A stretch of DNA of 25,504 nucleotides from a virus. Taxonomy: Duplodnaviria > Caudoviricetes. The translations under genes were made by a program, and so were the position numbers. Of this stretch, positions 1 to 6,155 are shown piece after piece. Numbering within the stretch: position 1 is the stretch's first letter; each line of letters begins with the position of its first letter. Location: IMG/VR virus record IMGVR_UViG_3300024518_001704, positions 1-25,504 of that record. The stretch is one strand, 5' to 3'. The notes beneath the pieces were generated by a model. It saw only the letters and a list, made by a program, of their open reading frames with translations. It did not search any database and was not told where the DNA came from.

Positions 1-56
1 GTTTCAAATAAGAAATTTCTTCTGTCTCCGAATAAATGTTGATATTTTGTACTCAT
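1..56 (-). CDS. partial hypothetical protein (MSTKYQHLFGDREISYLK..., runs off the window edge)
   Basis: ATG at 56-54 overlaps the TGA stop of 53..331 (ATGA overlap); frame is open to the edge. Confidence 0.6.
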   Translation of the reverse strand, partial: MSTKYQHLFGDRRNFLFE

Positions 57-331
57 AACCTTTCTCTTATAATTTGTTTTGCTAGATTATATCCATAATT
101 AACATCTTCTAAATAGTTTTTAGTATCCTCCCCTATCAATTCTAACACTTGTTCTTTGGTGTAGACTCTTCCTCCATGTTTCTTCAAACTTTGTATTGTT
201 GAAGATAGATGTTCTACTTCCTCCTTTGCTATTAGATGTTCATCTATGAAGGCTTTGATTTCCAACTGTTGTTTATCAGTTAAGAAAATAGGAAACTCCT
301 CATCAAACTTCTTTTTTATATCTTTATTCAT
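53..331 (-). CDS. hypothetical phage protein, 92 aa
   Basis: ORF track; start overlaps the stop of 331..573 by 1 nt. Confidence 0.75.
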   Translation of the reverse strand: MNKDIKKKFDEEFPIFLTDKQQLEIKAFIDEHLIAKEEVEHLSSTIQSLKKHGGRVYTKEQVLELIGEDTKNYLEDVNYGYNLAKQIIRERL

Positions 332-573
332 TATCTTCCGAATAGTTTATCTAGGAATGTTCTACTGTCAGATGCTAATACTATCTCTGGTTCTTTCTTC
401 ATTTCTTTCTTAATTCTTCTAAGCTCTGCAAGTTCTAGCTCAGTTACTCTCCTTGTTAATTTTTCTAGCTCTGTAACTCTCATTTGAGTTGCTTTCTTCT
501 CTGCTTCTAATACTCCTATACGTTTAGTAAGTCTTAGTTCTAATTCGCCCATTTGTTGTTTTAAATCTTTCAT
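331..573 (-). CDS. coiled-coil hypothetical protein, 80 aa
   Basis: Heptad Leu pattern with internal repeat RVTELE x2; preceded by its own promoter. Confidence 0.75.
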   Translation of the reverse strand: MKDLKQQMGELELRLTKRIGVLEAEKKATQMRVTELEKLTRRVTELELAELRRIKKEMKKEPEIVLASDSRTFLDKLFGR

Positions 574-582
574 AATAGTTAT

Positions 583-611
583 ATTTTACCACGTTTTAAC
601 CTTTGTTTCTA
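583..611 (-). promoter_or_regulatory. sigma70-type promoter with extended -10
   Basis: Minus strand TAGAAA-17 nt-TAAAAT with TG at the extended -10 position; -10 ends 9 nt before the ATG at 573. Confidence 0.5.
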
Positions 612-615
612 CTGT

Positions 616-729
616 TTATCCCCCTAATTCTGCCTTAGCCTTCTTTGCACACTTCCTACATAACAGTCCTTCTTCTCTTACGAGCTTTCCGCATCCCGAA
701 CATCTTGGTAATGGTACTTCCCAACTCAT
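616..729 (-). CDS. zinc-finger microprotein, 37 aa (MSWEVPLPRCSGCGKLVREEGLLCRKCAKKAKAELGG)
   Basis: Manual translation; CxxC-x10-CxxC; ATG 1 nt after the methyltransferase stop. Confidence 0.7.
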   Translation of the reverse strand: MSWEVPLPRCSGCGKLVREEGLLCRKCAKKAKAELGG

Positions 730-730
730 G

Positions 731-1453
731 TTAGGTTTTTTCAATTCTGTCCTTAGCTATTTCAAAATACTTCTCATCTAGTTCTATTCCGATAAAATTT
801 CTGTTGAGGTTTTTACATGCTACTCCTGTTGTTCCTGAACCCATTGTGTTATCTAGGACTGTTTCGTTTTCGTTAGTGTAAGTTTTTATTAGATACTCCA
901 TAAGCTCAATCGGTTTCTCTGTTGGATGTAACGATTTACTTGGATGAGGTTTCTGAAAAGTTATTATTGATTTAGGATGCTTCAAATTTCCTAGTTCCTT
1001 TGTGTTATCAACCTTTCCATATTTTCCATAATTATTATTTACATCTGTCTTCATAGAACCCTTAGAATGATTTTTTTCCCCTGCTTCTTTTTGAGGATTG
1101 TATATTGGTAACTTTTTATAAAATACACAAACATCTTCATGTACTCTTAATGGCATACGATTAGCATTTAAGAAGCCAGAAGTAAGTATTTTATTCCAAA
1201 CCCAATTATATCTATGTATTTTCTCATTACTTAACATCAGCTTTGCTGTAAATTTATCTTGTGCAGTAAGAACAATAGCTCCATTATCTTTAATAACTCT
1301 TTCGTACTGCTGCCATAATGAATCTAAATCAATAATTGAATCCCACTTATTTTGTGTAGTTCCATAGGGTAAATCAGCAAGTATCATATCAACACTCCCA
1401 TCTGGGATATTTTTCATTTCTTCTAAGCAATCTCCTTGTATTAAATTAATCAT
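731..1453 (-). CDS. DNA amino-methyltransferase (N6-adenine/N4-cytosine, beta-class motif order)
   Basis: GDCLE start, catalytic DLPY (DPPY-type) motif near the N-terminus, HPTEKP, SAM-binding LDNTMGSGTTG, GIELD. Confidence 0.95.
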   Translation of the reverse strand: MINLIQGDCLEEMKNIPDGSVDMILADLPYGTTQNKWDSIIDLDSLWQQYERVIKDNGAIVLTAQDKFTAKLMLSNEKIHRYNWVWNKILTSGFLNANRMPLRVHEDVCVFYKKLPIYNPQKEAGEKNHSKGSMKTDVNNNYGKYGKVDNTKELGNLKHPKSIITFQKPHPSKSLHPTEKPIELMEYLIKTYTNENETVLDNTMGSGTTGVACKNLNRNFIGIELDEKYFEIAKDRIEKT

Positions 1454-1853
1454 ATTTAACTATTAATTTCTTCATTATCTGTTCAAAAAAGTACTGATGT
1501 TGGTATGCCCACGCTTCTTGTGACTCATTTGCATATTCTAACCCAATACTATCAAACAGAAACTGTGTCATATGATGTGTTTCGTGTACTAACAATCCTA
1601 AGTGAAATGAAGTCATATGAAATTCTTTCATCCAAAAAACAAGTTGCCCTCCTGCTAACTGAATAGTCCTTGCTTCTTGTATTCCATTTTCTTCGTTAAA
1701 ATCAATGGCTTTTATTTCTTCTTCACATAAATCAAACCTTTTTTCTATATAATTTCTTAGTTGTTTTTTAGATACTCCTATACCCACTAACACATCAAAA
1801 GGATATGTTCCTGATTTTATAGTAAATATCTTTTTTATCGATTTTGTTTTCAT
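1446..1853 (-). CDS. HExxH-motif protein (zincin-like putative metallopeptidase)
   Basis: LVHETHH followed about 20 aa later by EAWAY, a candidate third-ligand Glu. Confidence 0.6.
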   Translation of the reverse strand: MKTKSIKKIFTIKSGTYPFDVLVGIGVSKKQLRNYIEKRFDLCEEEIKAIDFNEENGIQEARTIQLAGGQLVFWMKEFHMTSFHLGLLVHETHHMTQFLFDSIGLEYANESQEAWAYQHQYFFEQIMKKLIVKYD

Positions 1854-1860
1854 ATTTATT

Positions 1861-2004
1861 CTAATTACTATTCCACATACTACATCCTGCTTTACATATT
1901 GCCATTCTTAATGCTGTATCAGTGGAATGTGTGACTTCACAATTCCTCCTACAAATTCTCTTTGCTTCTGATGATGTCTGTGTTTGTGGATTTTCATTTG
2001 TCAT
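1861..2004 (-). CDS. Cys-rich microprotein, 47 aa (CxxxC-x14-CxxxC)
   Basis: Manual translation MTNENPQTQTSSEAKRICRRNCEVTHSTDTALRMAICKAGCSMWNSN; fills the gap; TAA-C-ATG junction. Confidence 0.55.
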   Translation of the reverse strand: MTNENPQTQTSSEAKRICRRNCEVTHSTDTALRMAICKAGCSMWNSN

Positions 2005-2005
2005 G

Positions 2006-2137
2006 TTAATTGGTTTCTATTCTTTTACAGTTATCACATTGAAATAGTATAGTATTGCCAAAGTCATCTGGGTCATCATCTAAGTGCATGACATCTCTCA
2101 TTGGTATATTACATTTTTCACAATCTTTCTTACTCAT
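2006..2137 (-). CDS. zinc-ribbon microprotein, 43 aa (CxxC-x24-CxxC)
   Basis: Manual translation MSKKDCEKCNIPMRDVMHLDDDPDDFGNTILFQCDNCKRIETN; 8-nt overlap with the upstream gene. Confidence 0.7.
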   Translation of the reverse strand: MSKKDCEKCNIPMRDVMHLDDDPDDFGNTILFQCDNCKRIETN

Positions 2138-2477
2138 CTTTCTCTTCCTTATTATTGGATAGTTCATCAATTAGTTCTTGAGTTAATCTATTTTTTAATG
2201 CTCTTCGTTGAAGTGGTTTTTTTTCTCCTTCTGTTAATAGAATGCGGTGATATTCATGAAGTATATCTGGTAGTTTCCCCTCTATCAGCTCAATAGTTTG
2301 CTTGTCTTTGGCTTGTAGGGCTTCAACTATGAAGTTTGCGAGAGTATCTAAACACTTCTCAAATGAATCGTAGTCTTGAGAAGCATCGTTACACTCCCAA
2401 TCCGACCCAGCTTGTAAATTGTATTCAATACAATCTAGTTTTTTTAGTTCCTCTACTATATCGTTATGTGATGTCAT
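2130..2477 (-). CDS. hypothetical protein, 115 aa
   Basis: ORF track; fits the tiling of the leftward array. Confidence 0.7.
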   Translation of the reverse strand: MTSHNDIVEELKKLDCIEYNLQAGSDWECNDASQDYDSFEKCLDTLANFIVEALQAKDKQTIELIEGKLPDILHEYHRILLTEGEKKPLQRRALKNRLTQELIDELSNNKEEKDE

Positions 2478-2482
2478 GTTAG

Positions 2483-2572
2483 TTATCTTCTAGTTATTCC
2501 AGGATTACCTCGTCCAAAAAACTTATCTTCATTTTTTTCTTCTTCGTATTCATCTTTATATTTATCTGTCAT
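2483..2572 (-). CDS. microprotein, 29 aa (MTDKYKDEYEEEKNEDKFFGRGNPGITRR)
   Basis: Manual translation; preceded by AAAGGAGATAT-ATG. Confidence 0.5.
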   Translation of the reverse strand: MTDKYKDEYEEEKNEDKFFGRGNPGITRR

Positions 2573-2592
2573 ATATCTCCTTTAATTAACTA

Positions 2593-2769
2593 TTAACTCC
2601 CATACTTCTCATATCTATCCCTTCTCTCTTGTTGCTTTGGTGTTCTTTGTTTACCTTCCTTTGGTCTTCCTAAACCACAATTAGGACAGAACAACCAACT
2701 CCAGAGCATTAACATCATTCCGCATTTACAACTCCACCTTTTCTCATGTGGTACTTGTTCGTATCCCAT
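2593..2769 (-). CDS. zinc-ribbon microprotein, 58 aa (W-x-C-x-C-G...F-C-P-N-C-G-x-x-R-P, RanBP2-like pattern)
   Basis: Manual translation MGYEQVPHEKRWSCKCGMMLMLWSWLFCPNCGLGRPKEGKQRTPKQQERRDRYEKYGS. Confidence 0.7.
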   Translation of the reverse strand: MGYEQVPHEKRWSCKCGMMLMLWSWLFCPNCGLGRPKEGKQRTPKQQERRDRYEKYGS

Positions 2770-2771
2770 AA

Positions 2772-2912
2772 TTAGAAATCAAACTCGCTCTGGTCATTAA
2801 GGGGTAAACAATATCCTAGTTCAATACATCTTGACCGACTCCCTGTTACAAAGATGCAAACTCCACACGCTGTACTGTCCACTGCACTTGCTGTTATTGA
2901 TTCGTTATTCAT
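2772..2912 (-). CDS. Cys-rich microprotein, 46 aa (CxxC-x9-C-x5-C)
   Basis: Manual translation MNNESITASAVDSTACGVCIFVTGSRSRCIELGYCLPLNDQSEFDF; tight tiling with neighbours. Confidence 0.55.
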   Translation of the reverse strand: MNNESITASAVDSTACGVCIFVTGSRSRCIELGYCLPLNDQSEFDF

Positions 2913-3048
2913 ATTTATAATTAAACACCACAAACAGAAAAGCTACTATGAGGAAAACCCCAGCTTGTAAGTGCTTGTCGGCTACTATATACATATTGGC
3001 TATAATCAGTGTTGCCCAGAACGGTATCATAAAATCTAATTTATTCAT
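2905..3048 (-). CDS. small membrane protein, 47 aa, two hydrophobic segments
   Basis: Manual translation MNKLDFMIPFWATLIIANMYIVADKHLQAGVFLIVAFLFVVFNYKYE; TAATATG start. Confidence 0.65.
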   Translation of the reverse strand: MNKLDFMIPFWATLIIANMYIVADKHLQAGVFLIVAFLFVVFNYKYE

Positions 3049-3049
3049 A

Positions 3050-3175
3050 TTACCATTTTGCAAATAACACAATTAATAAAACGAGCATTGCTAGTGCGAC
3101 TACATAGCCGTGCCCTGTTTTGGCTCTTCGTGGCTTGTACATTTCTACTTCTTCTGGGTCTAAGATTGGTCGCAT
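3050..3175 (-). CDS. small protein with a C-terminal membrane anchor, 41 aa
   Basis: Manual translation MRPILDPEEVEMYKPRRAKTGHGYVVALAMLVLLIVLFAKW; stop forms the TAATATG junction with the next gene. Confidence 0.65.
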   Translation of the reverse strand: MRPILDPEEVEMYKPRRAKTGHGYVVALAMLVLLIVLFAKW

Positions 3176-3258
3176 GATTTTTCTTGTTTATATGCTGGGT
3201 CAACCCACCCTTTGGTATCTCCCCAGACAATTCTTGTTAATAATTTTTGTATATCCAT
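3160..3258 (-). CDS. microprotein, 32 aa (MDIQKLLTRIVWGDTKGWVDPAYKQEKSCDQS)
   Basis: Manual translation; TAATATG start. Confidence 0.5.
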   Translation of the reverse strand: MDIQKLLTRIVWGDTKGWVDPAYKQEKSCDQS

Positions 3259-3259
3259 A

Positions 3260-3388
3260 TTATCTACTTATTTTCCCATAATGTGCGTGGCATTCTCCAC
3301 AACTACAATTTTCTACATGTCCTCCAACTTCTCCTTCCTCTCCTTCATTTGGGCAACTTGGGTCATCACAATGACATTGATTTAACAT
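3260..3388 (-). CDS. Cys/His-rich metal-binding microprotein, 42 aa
   Basis: Manual translation MLNQCHCDDPSCPNEGEEGEVGGHVENCSCGECHAHYGKISR (6 Cys, 4 His); TAATATG junctions at both ends. Confidence 0.65.
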   Translation of the reverse strand: MLNQCHCDDPSCPNEGEEGEVGGHVENCSCGECHAHYGKISR

Positions 3389-3389
3389 A

Positions 3390-3572
3390 TTACTTATTAT
3401 CTTTAATAAACTGAATTAGCTGTTCCTCTGAACCAAAGTTTATTTTTTCTCCTGTTTGAACATAAGTTACACCTCCAACAAAATCTCTTTTATCTCCTGA
3501 CTTTTCTCTTTGTTCATCGCTATAAGCATGAAGGACAAAAGTGGGTGTTATGTTATCGTTATTTATTATCAT
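3390..3572 (-). CDS. hypothetical protein, 60 aa
   Basis: ORF track; TAATATG junctions at both ends. Confidence 0.75.
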   Translation of the reverse strand: MIINNDNITPTFVLHAYSDEQREKSGDKRDFVGGVTYVQTGEKINFGSEEQLIQFIKDNK

Positions 3573-3573
3573 A

Positions 3574-3741
3574 TTACTTTTCTGGTTGTGCGTTAATAAT
3601 AGCTGTTGCTTCTGCTTCGTACCCGTTACGGATAAGAAGCTTAATCCCTTTTAAGTACGTCTTCTGGTCAATTTCTACGATTGCTTGGTCAATCATTTGT
3701 TTTGTTTCTTCTAGAAATATGTCTGTTTGTTTGTTACTCAT
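3574..3741 (-). CDS. hypothetical protein, 55 aa (MSNKQTDIFLEETKQMIDQAIVEIDQKTYLKGIKLLIRNGYEAEATAIINAQPEK)
   Basis: Manual translation; ends in a TAATATG junction. Confidence 0.7.
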   Translation of the reverse strand: MSNKQTDIFLEETKQMIDQAIVEIDQKTYLKGIKLLIRNGYEAEATAIINAQPEK

Positions 3742-3742
3742 G

Positions 3743-3971
3743 ATTATTCTTCAATTAAATCTGCTGTGCCATATTATTTTTCGGTTACGTCATAAATGTT
3801 CCCTACAATAACCTCACAATCTCCCATTTCTTTATAATCACCCTCTGCATACTTGTTATCTGCTAGTTCTACTGCTTTTTCCTCGTTTTCTGCTGTTACA
3901 TAAACGATAAATGTTTCTGACCGTATAAACTCTACTTGATAATCATTCATATTATTCTTCAATTAAGTCTG
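3743..3971. repeat. 21-bp direct repeat ATTATTCTTCAATTAA[A/G]TCTG at 3743-3763 and 3951-3971
   Basis: 20/21 identity read directly; brackets the 3774..3950 gene. Confidence 0.85.
3774..3950 (-). CDS. DpnD/PcfM-like small protein, 58 aa (start revised to the ATG at 3950)
   Basis: Pattern YQVEF...VYVTAENEEKAVELA resembles the DpnD/PcfM family as I recall it; TAATATG start. Confidence 0.6.
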   Translation of the reverse strand: MNDYQVEFIRSETFIVYVTAENEEKAVELADNKYAEGDYKEMGDCEVIVGNIYDVTEK

Positions 3972-4128
3972 ACGTAATAACCCCTCTATCTCCGTGATTA
4001 ACCTTGTGCATTTCTATGCTGTCGTATAGCATTTCTTCTGCTTTCTTTCGTGCTTGTTCCTCTGTTTCTGCTGTTATAAAGTAATATCCTCCTGTTTCTT
4101 CCCATACTCCTATTTTATATTTTTTCAT
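3952..4128 (-). CDS. DpnD/PcfM-like small protein paralogue, 58 aa
   Basis: Manual translation MKKYKIGVWEETGGYYFITAETEEQARKKAEEMLYDSIEMHKVNHGDRGVITSDLIEE; shares TAE[NT]EExAxxxA with its neighbour. Confidence 0.6.
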   Translation of the reverse strand: MKKYKIGVWEETGGYYFITAETEEQARKKAEEMLYDSIEMHKVNHGDRGVITSDLIEE

Positions 4129-4129
4129 A

Positions 4130-4300
4130 TTATCTATTTTCTCTTAGTGTTAGTTCACGTTCTACTTCTAACAGTTCGTGAAACTTGTTAATAAACTCTT
4201 CTCGCTTTCCTTTCTCTATAAAGTCCATAAGCTCCTCACGCATTGTTACAAGCTCGTCGTCTTCTTTGCTCCCATAATCTCCATAATGTATTACGCTCAT
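4130..4300 (-). CDS. hypothetical helical protein, 56 aa
   Basis: Manual translation MSVIHYGDYGSKEDDELVTMREELMDFIEKGKREEFINKFHELLEVERELTLRENR. Confidence 0.7.
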   Translation of the reverse strand: MSVIHYGDYGSKEDDELVTMREELMDFIEKGKREEFINKFHELLEVERELTLRENR

Positions 4301-4310
4301 AATTACTTTA

Positions 4311-4538
4311 TTAAGCTACTAAATAAACTTCCTCTACATTTTTGTCATCGTCTGTTACTACTTCAACAAGACAATCTGTACCACCAAACCTAACTGTACG
4401 ATAAGCAACAAACCTGTTTTTCTCTACACTATCCCATTTTAAGCTAGACAAACCATAAAACTTTCTCGCTTTTAGTTTTTTCGCCCTTTCTACAAGACTT
4501 TTTACACCTACTTTATCCATTGGTATATGTTGTGCCAT
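4311..4538 (-). CDS. hypothetical protein, 75 aa
   Basis: ORF track; TAATATG start. Confidence 0.75.
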   Translation of the reverse strand: MAQHIPMDKVGVKSLVERAKKLKARKFYGLSSLKWDSVEKNRFVAYRTVRFGGTDCLVEVVTDDDKNVEEVYLVA

Positions 4539-4539
4539 A

Positions 4540-4707
4540 TTAGTAATTTAATTTAATATATGCCACTAACTCGTCTAAATCTCTTTGACTATCCACATCA
4601 AGCTCGCTTTCTACAATGTCCTTAAACTCCTGACCTTTTACTGTGTACTCCTGAAAATGTTTTGTTAACCACCATAAGTGGTACATCAATTGTGCGTCTG
4701 GTTCCAT
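4540..4707 (-). CDS. hypothetical protein, 55 aa
   Basis: Manual translation MEPDAQLMYHLWWLTKHFQEYTVKGQEFKDIVESELDVDSQRDLDELVAYIKLNY. Confidence 0.7.
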   Translation of the reverse strand: MEPDAQLMYHLWWLTKHFQEYTVKGQEFKDIVESELDVDSQRDLDELVAYIKLNY

Positions 4708-4894
4708 ATTACTTATTTAATTTCCATATCAAACGGATATACTGTTACTTCACTAGACATTGTTATATCCATTTCAACTTTCTTATAAATGTTATTTCCC
4801 TCCTCATCACTTGAAAATACTATGTCAAAATCATCAGGATATGGGATAAGCATTTTCTTTAATTCTTTTACTTTCATATTACTTATTTAATTTC
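4705..4894. repeat. perfect 20-bp direct repeat CATATTACTTATTTAATTTC at 4705-4724 and 4875-4894
   Basis: Read directly; on the coding strand GAAATTAAATAAGTAATATG = E-I-K-stop plus the next start codon. Confidence 0.9.
4713..4877 (-). CDS. small phage protein, 54 aa (MKVKEL...SSDEEGN type)
   Basis: Manual translation MKVKELKKMLIPYPDDFDIVFSSDEEGNNIYKKVEMDITMSSEVTVYPFDMEIK. Confidence 0.7.
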   Translation of the reverse strand: MKVKELKKMLIPYPDDFDIVFSSDEEGNNIYKKVEMDITMSSEVTVYPFDMEIK

Positions 4895-4975
4895 TGATAA
4901 TTCTATTCCGTCAATGTTTGGTGCATTGCGTCCATAATAAGACGCATTTTTCAAATTATTTGTTATATGTTGCAT
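4883..4975 (-). CDS. microprotein, 30 aa (MQHITNNLKNASYYGRNAPNIDGIELSEIK)
   Basis: Manual translation; fills the gap between neighbours. Confidence 0.45.
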   Translation of the reverse strand: MQHITNNLKNASYYGRNAPNIDGIELSEIK

Positions 4976-4977
4976 GG

Positions 4978-5496
4978 TTAGTAATATAATTTTTTACAAG
5001 CGTCTTTTGTTGTGTAGCTATAAGCACTTGCGAAGGCACTCCCTTTTTCTATTATTTCCCCGTGTTCTGCTAGTATTGTGTCAATGTCTTTCTTTTCTTT
5101 TTCTAGTTTTTCGGTACTTGTTGTAATACCTTTAATTCTTGCGTTTAATCCGTCTAGAATGTCCGTATATCCTTTCTCTTCATCAAAATATATGATTGTA
5201 CTACTGTTTCCGTAATAGTCTGGTCGGTCATAACTGTGCGCTCCGTCTTTTACTTCCTCATGGGTATATATTCTTTCTTTGAAATAAAGTGTTAATCGTG
5301 GTGTATAGCTAAGGTCAAGACTTGCTTCTATGTCGTTGTGTTTCTTTATTGAGGTGATAAGTCTTTTATTGATAACTTTTAAATGTGATACTTCTTCAAC
5401 TGCTGGTATAGTGTTCTCTATTGTTTTTAGTTCCTCTTTTAATTCTGCAAGTTTTTTGTCTATTGCCCGTGTTAATTCTTTTTGATGATTATCCAT
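4978..5496 (-). CDS. hypothetical protein with coiled-coil ends, 172 aa
   Basis: ORF track; TAATATG start. Confidence 0.8.
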   Translation of the reverse strand: MDNHQKELTRAIDKKLAELKEELKTIENTIPAVEEVSHLKVINKRLITSIKKHNDIEASLDLSYTPRLTLYFKERIYTHEEVKDGAHSYDRPDYYGNSSTIIYFDEEKGYTDILDGLNARIKGITTSTEKLEKEKKDIDTILAEHGEIIEKGSAFASAYSYTTKDACKKLYY

Positions 5497-5513
5497 ATTA
5501 TTTAATTAAGTTA

Positions 5514-5615
5514 TTAAAATTCTATAACTTCAATACCCATTGAACGTGCTAAGTCTGTCGCTTTAACTTCCTTTCCCTGTTCTAAGTCTTTTATAAGTTT
5601 GTTTTCTTTTGTCAT
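5514..5615 (-). CDS. first gene of the leftward operon, 33 aa (MTKENKLIKDLEQGKEVKATDLARSMGIEVIEF)
   Basis: Manual translation; TAATATG start about 45 nt downstream of the leftward promoter. Confidence 0.6.
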   Translation of the reverse strand: MTKENKLIKDLEQGKEVKATDLARSMGIEVIEF

Positions 5616-5662
5616 ATTATTTGTTATTTATAATTTATAATGTGTTACGACCAACTTCAATA

Positions 5663-5691
5663 AGTATATACTAAGGCTATGGCAAAGTCAA
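5663..5691 (-). promoter_or_regulatory. strong leftward sigma70-type promoter of the small-gene operon
   Basis: Minus strand TTGACT-17 nt-TATACT. Confidence 0.8.
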
Positions 5692-5702
5692 TGGCAAAGT
5701 TA
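5679..5702. repeat. tandem 12-bp repeat ATGGCAAAGT[C/T]A x2 overlapping the -35 box (candidate operator)
   Basis: Read directly at 5679-5690 and 5691-5702. Confidence 0.6.
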
Positions 5703-5708
5703 ATGTAT

Positions 5709-5717
5709 TGTGGATAA
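5709..5717 (-). promoter_or_regulatory. consensus DnaA box TTATCCACA between the divergent promoters
   Basis: TGTGGATAA on the + strand is a perfect match; function inferred. Confidence 0.5.
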
Positions 5718-5726
5718 GTAAACTAT

Positions 5727-5755
5727 TAGACACTATCGTTCATATAGTGTATACT
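5727..5755 (+). promoter_or_regulatory. rightward sigma70-type promoter with an inverted repeat ACACTAT-N7-ATAGTGT (5730-5750) across the spacer
   Basis: TAGACA-17 nt-TATACT; the ATG at 5762 lies 6 nt after the -10 box. Confidence 0.7.
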
Positions 5756-5761
5756 TGTCGT

Positions 5762-6025
5762 ATGGATAAAAATAAAATAGTAACAGAGTTTAGAAATGCA
5801 AGATTAAATGAAATATATGCAACTATTAGATATAGAAAGGCTAGGGCAAATGTAATACAGGTGTTTAATGGTGAAGATAGGTTAGTTGTTGATGACATTA
5901 TTCTTGAAAGAAAAACAATGAATGTGAAAAAGAAAGTACAAGAAGAAAAAACTTTTCCTATTATTAAAATAAAAACAGGGGGTGAAGAGTTTGACAAAGC
6001 AAGGGATAGTTTATCCAAAAAATAA
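5762..6025 (+). CDS. basic hypothetical protein, 87 aa, probably leaderless (start revised from 5708 to the ATG at 5762)
   Basis: Monocistronic between its own promoter and terminator. Confidence 0.7.
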   Translation: MDKNKIVTEFRNARLNEIYATIRYRKARANVIQVFNGEDRLVVDDIILERKTMNVKKKVQEEKTFPIIKIKTGGEEFDKARDSLSKK

Positions 6026-6043
6026 ATTATCAGGAAATAAAGT

Positions 6044-6074
6044 AAAAAAATAACCGCAGAAATGCGGTTTTTTT
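6044..6074. terminator. bidirectional intrinsic terminator
   Basis: A7-T-AACCGCA-GAAA-TGCGGTT-TTTTT: perfect stem, GAAA loop, U-tracts on both strands. Confidence 0.85.
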
Positions 6075-6152
6075 GATTTAAGGGCTATGTTGTGCGTTGA
6101 ACTATGCCACAGTAGCCACCTTACAAGAGAAGTATCACAGGTCTGCGATACT
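6044..6152 (-). ncRNA. candidate structured small RNA, about 105 nt
   Basis: Lies between a near-consensus promoter (6156-6184, -) and the terminator; no ATG-initiated ORF on this strand; three consecutive hairpins. Confidence 0.5.
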
Positions 6153-6155
6153 GAT

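Noticed and set aside
3045-3230. 61-aa minus-strand ORF from the track
   Set aside because: Non-ATG start; overlaps two better ATG ORFs (3050..3175, 3160..3258) that fit the TAATATG tiling
2084-4393. Plus-strand ORFs 2084..2296, 3545..3811 and 4178..4393
   Set aside because: Antisense shadows of a fully tiled minus-strand operon; their hydrophobic composition follows from the T-rich strand
3743-4894. CRISPR array or integron attC sites
   Set aside because: Only two copies of each repeat, 170-208 nt apart with whole genes between; no palindromic attC structure, and no cas or integrase gene in the window
6079-6152. tRNA or tRNA-like gene (GTTCAA on the minus strand)
   Set aside because: No cloverleaf, acceptor stem or anticodon arm can be built; kept only as a generic sRNA candidate
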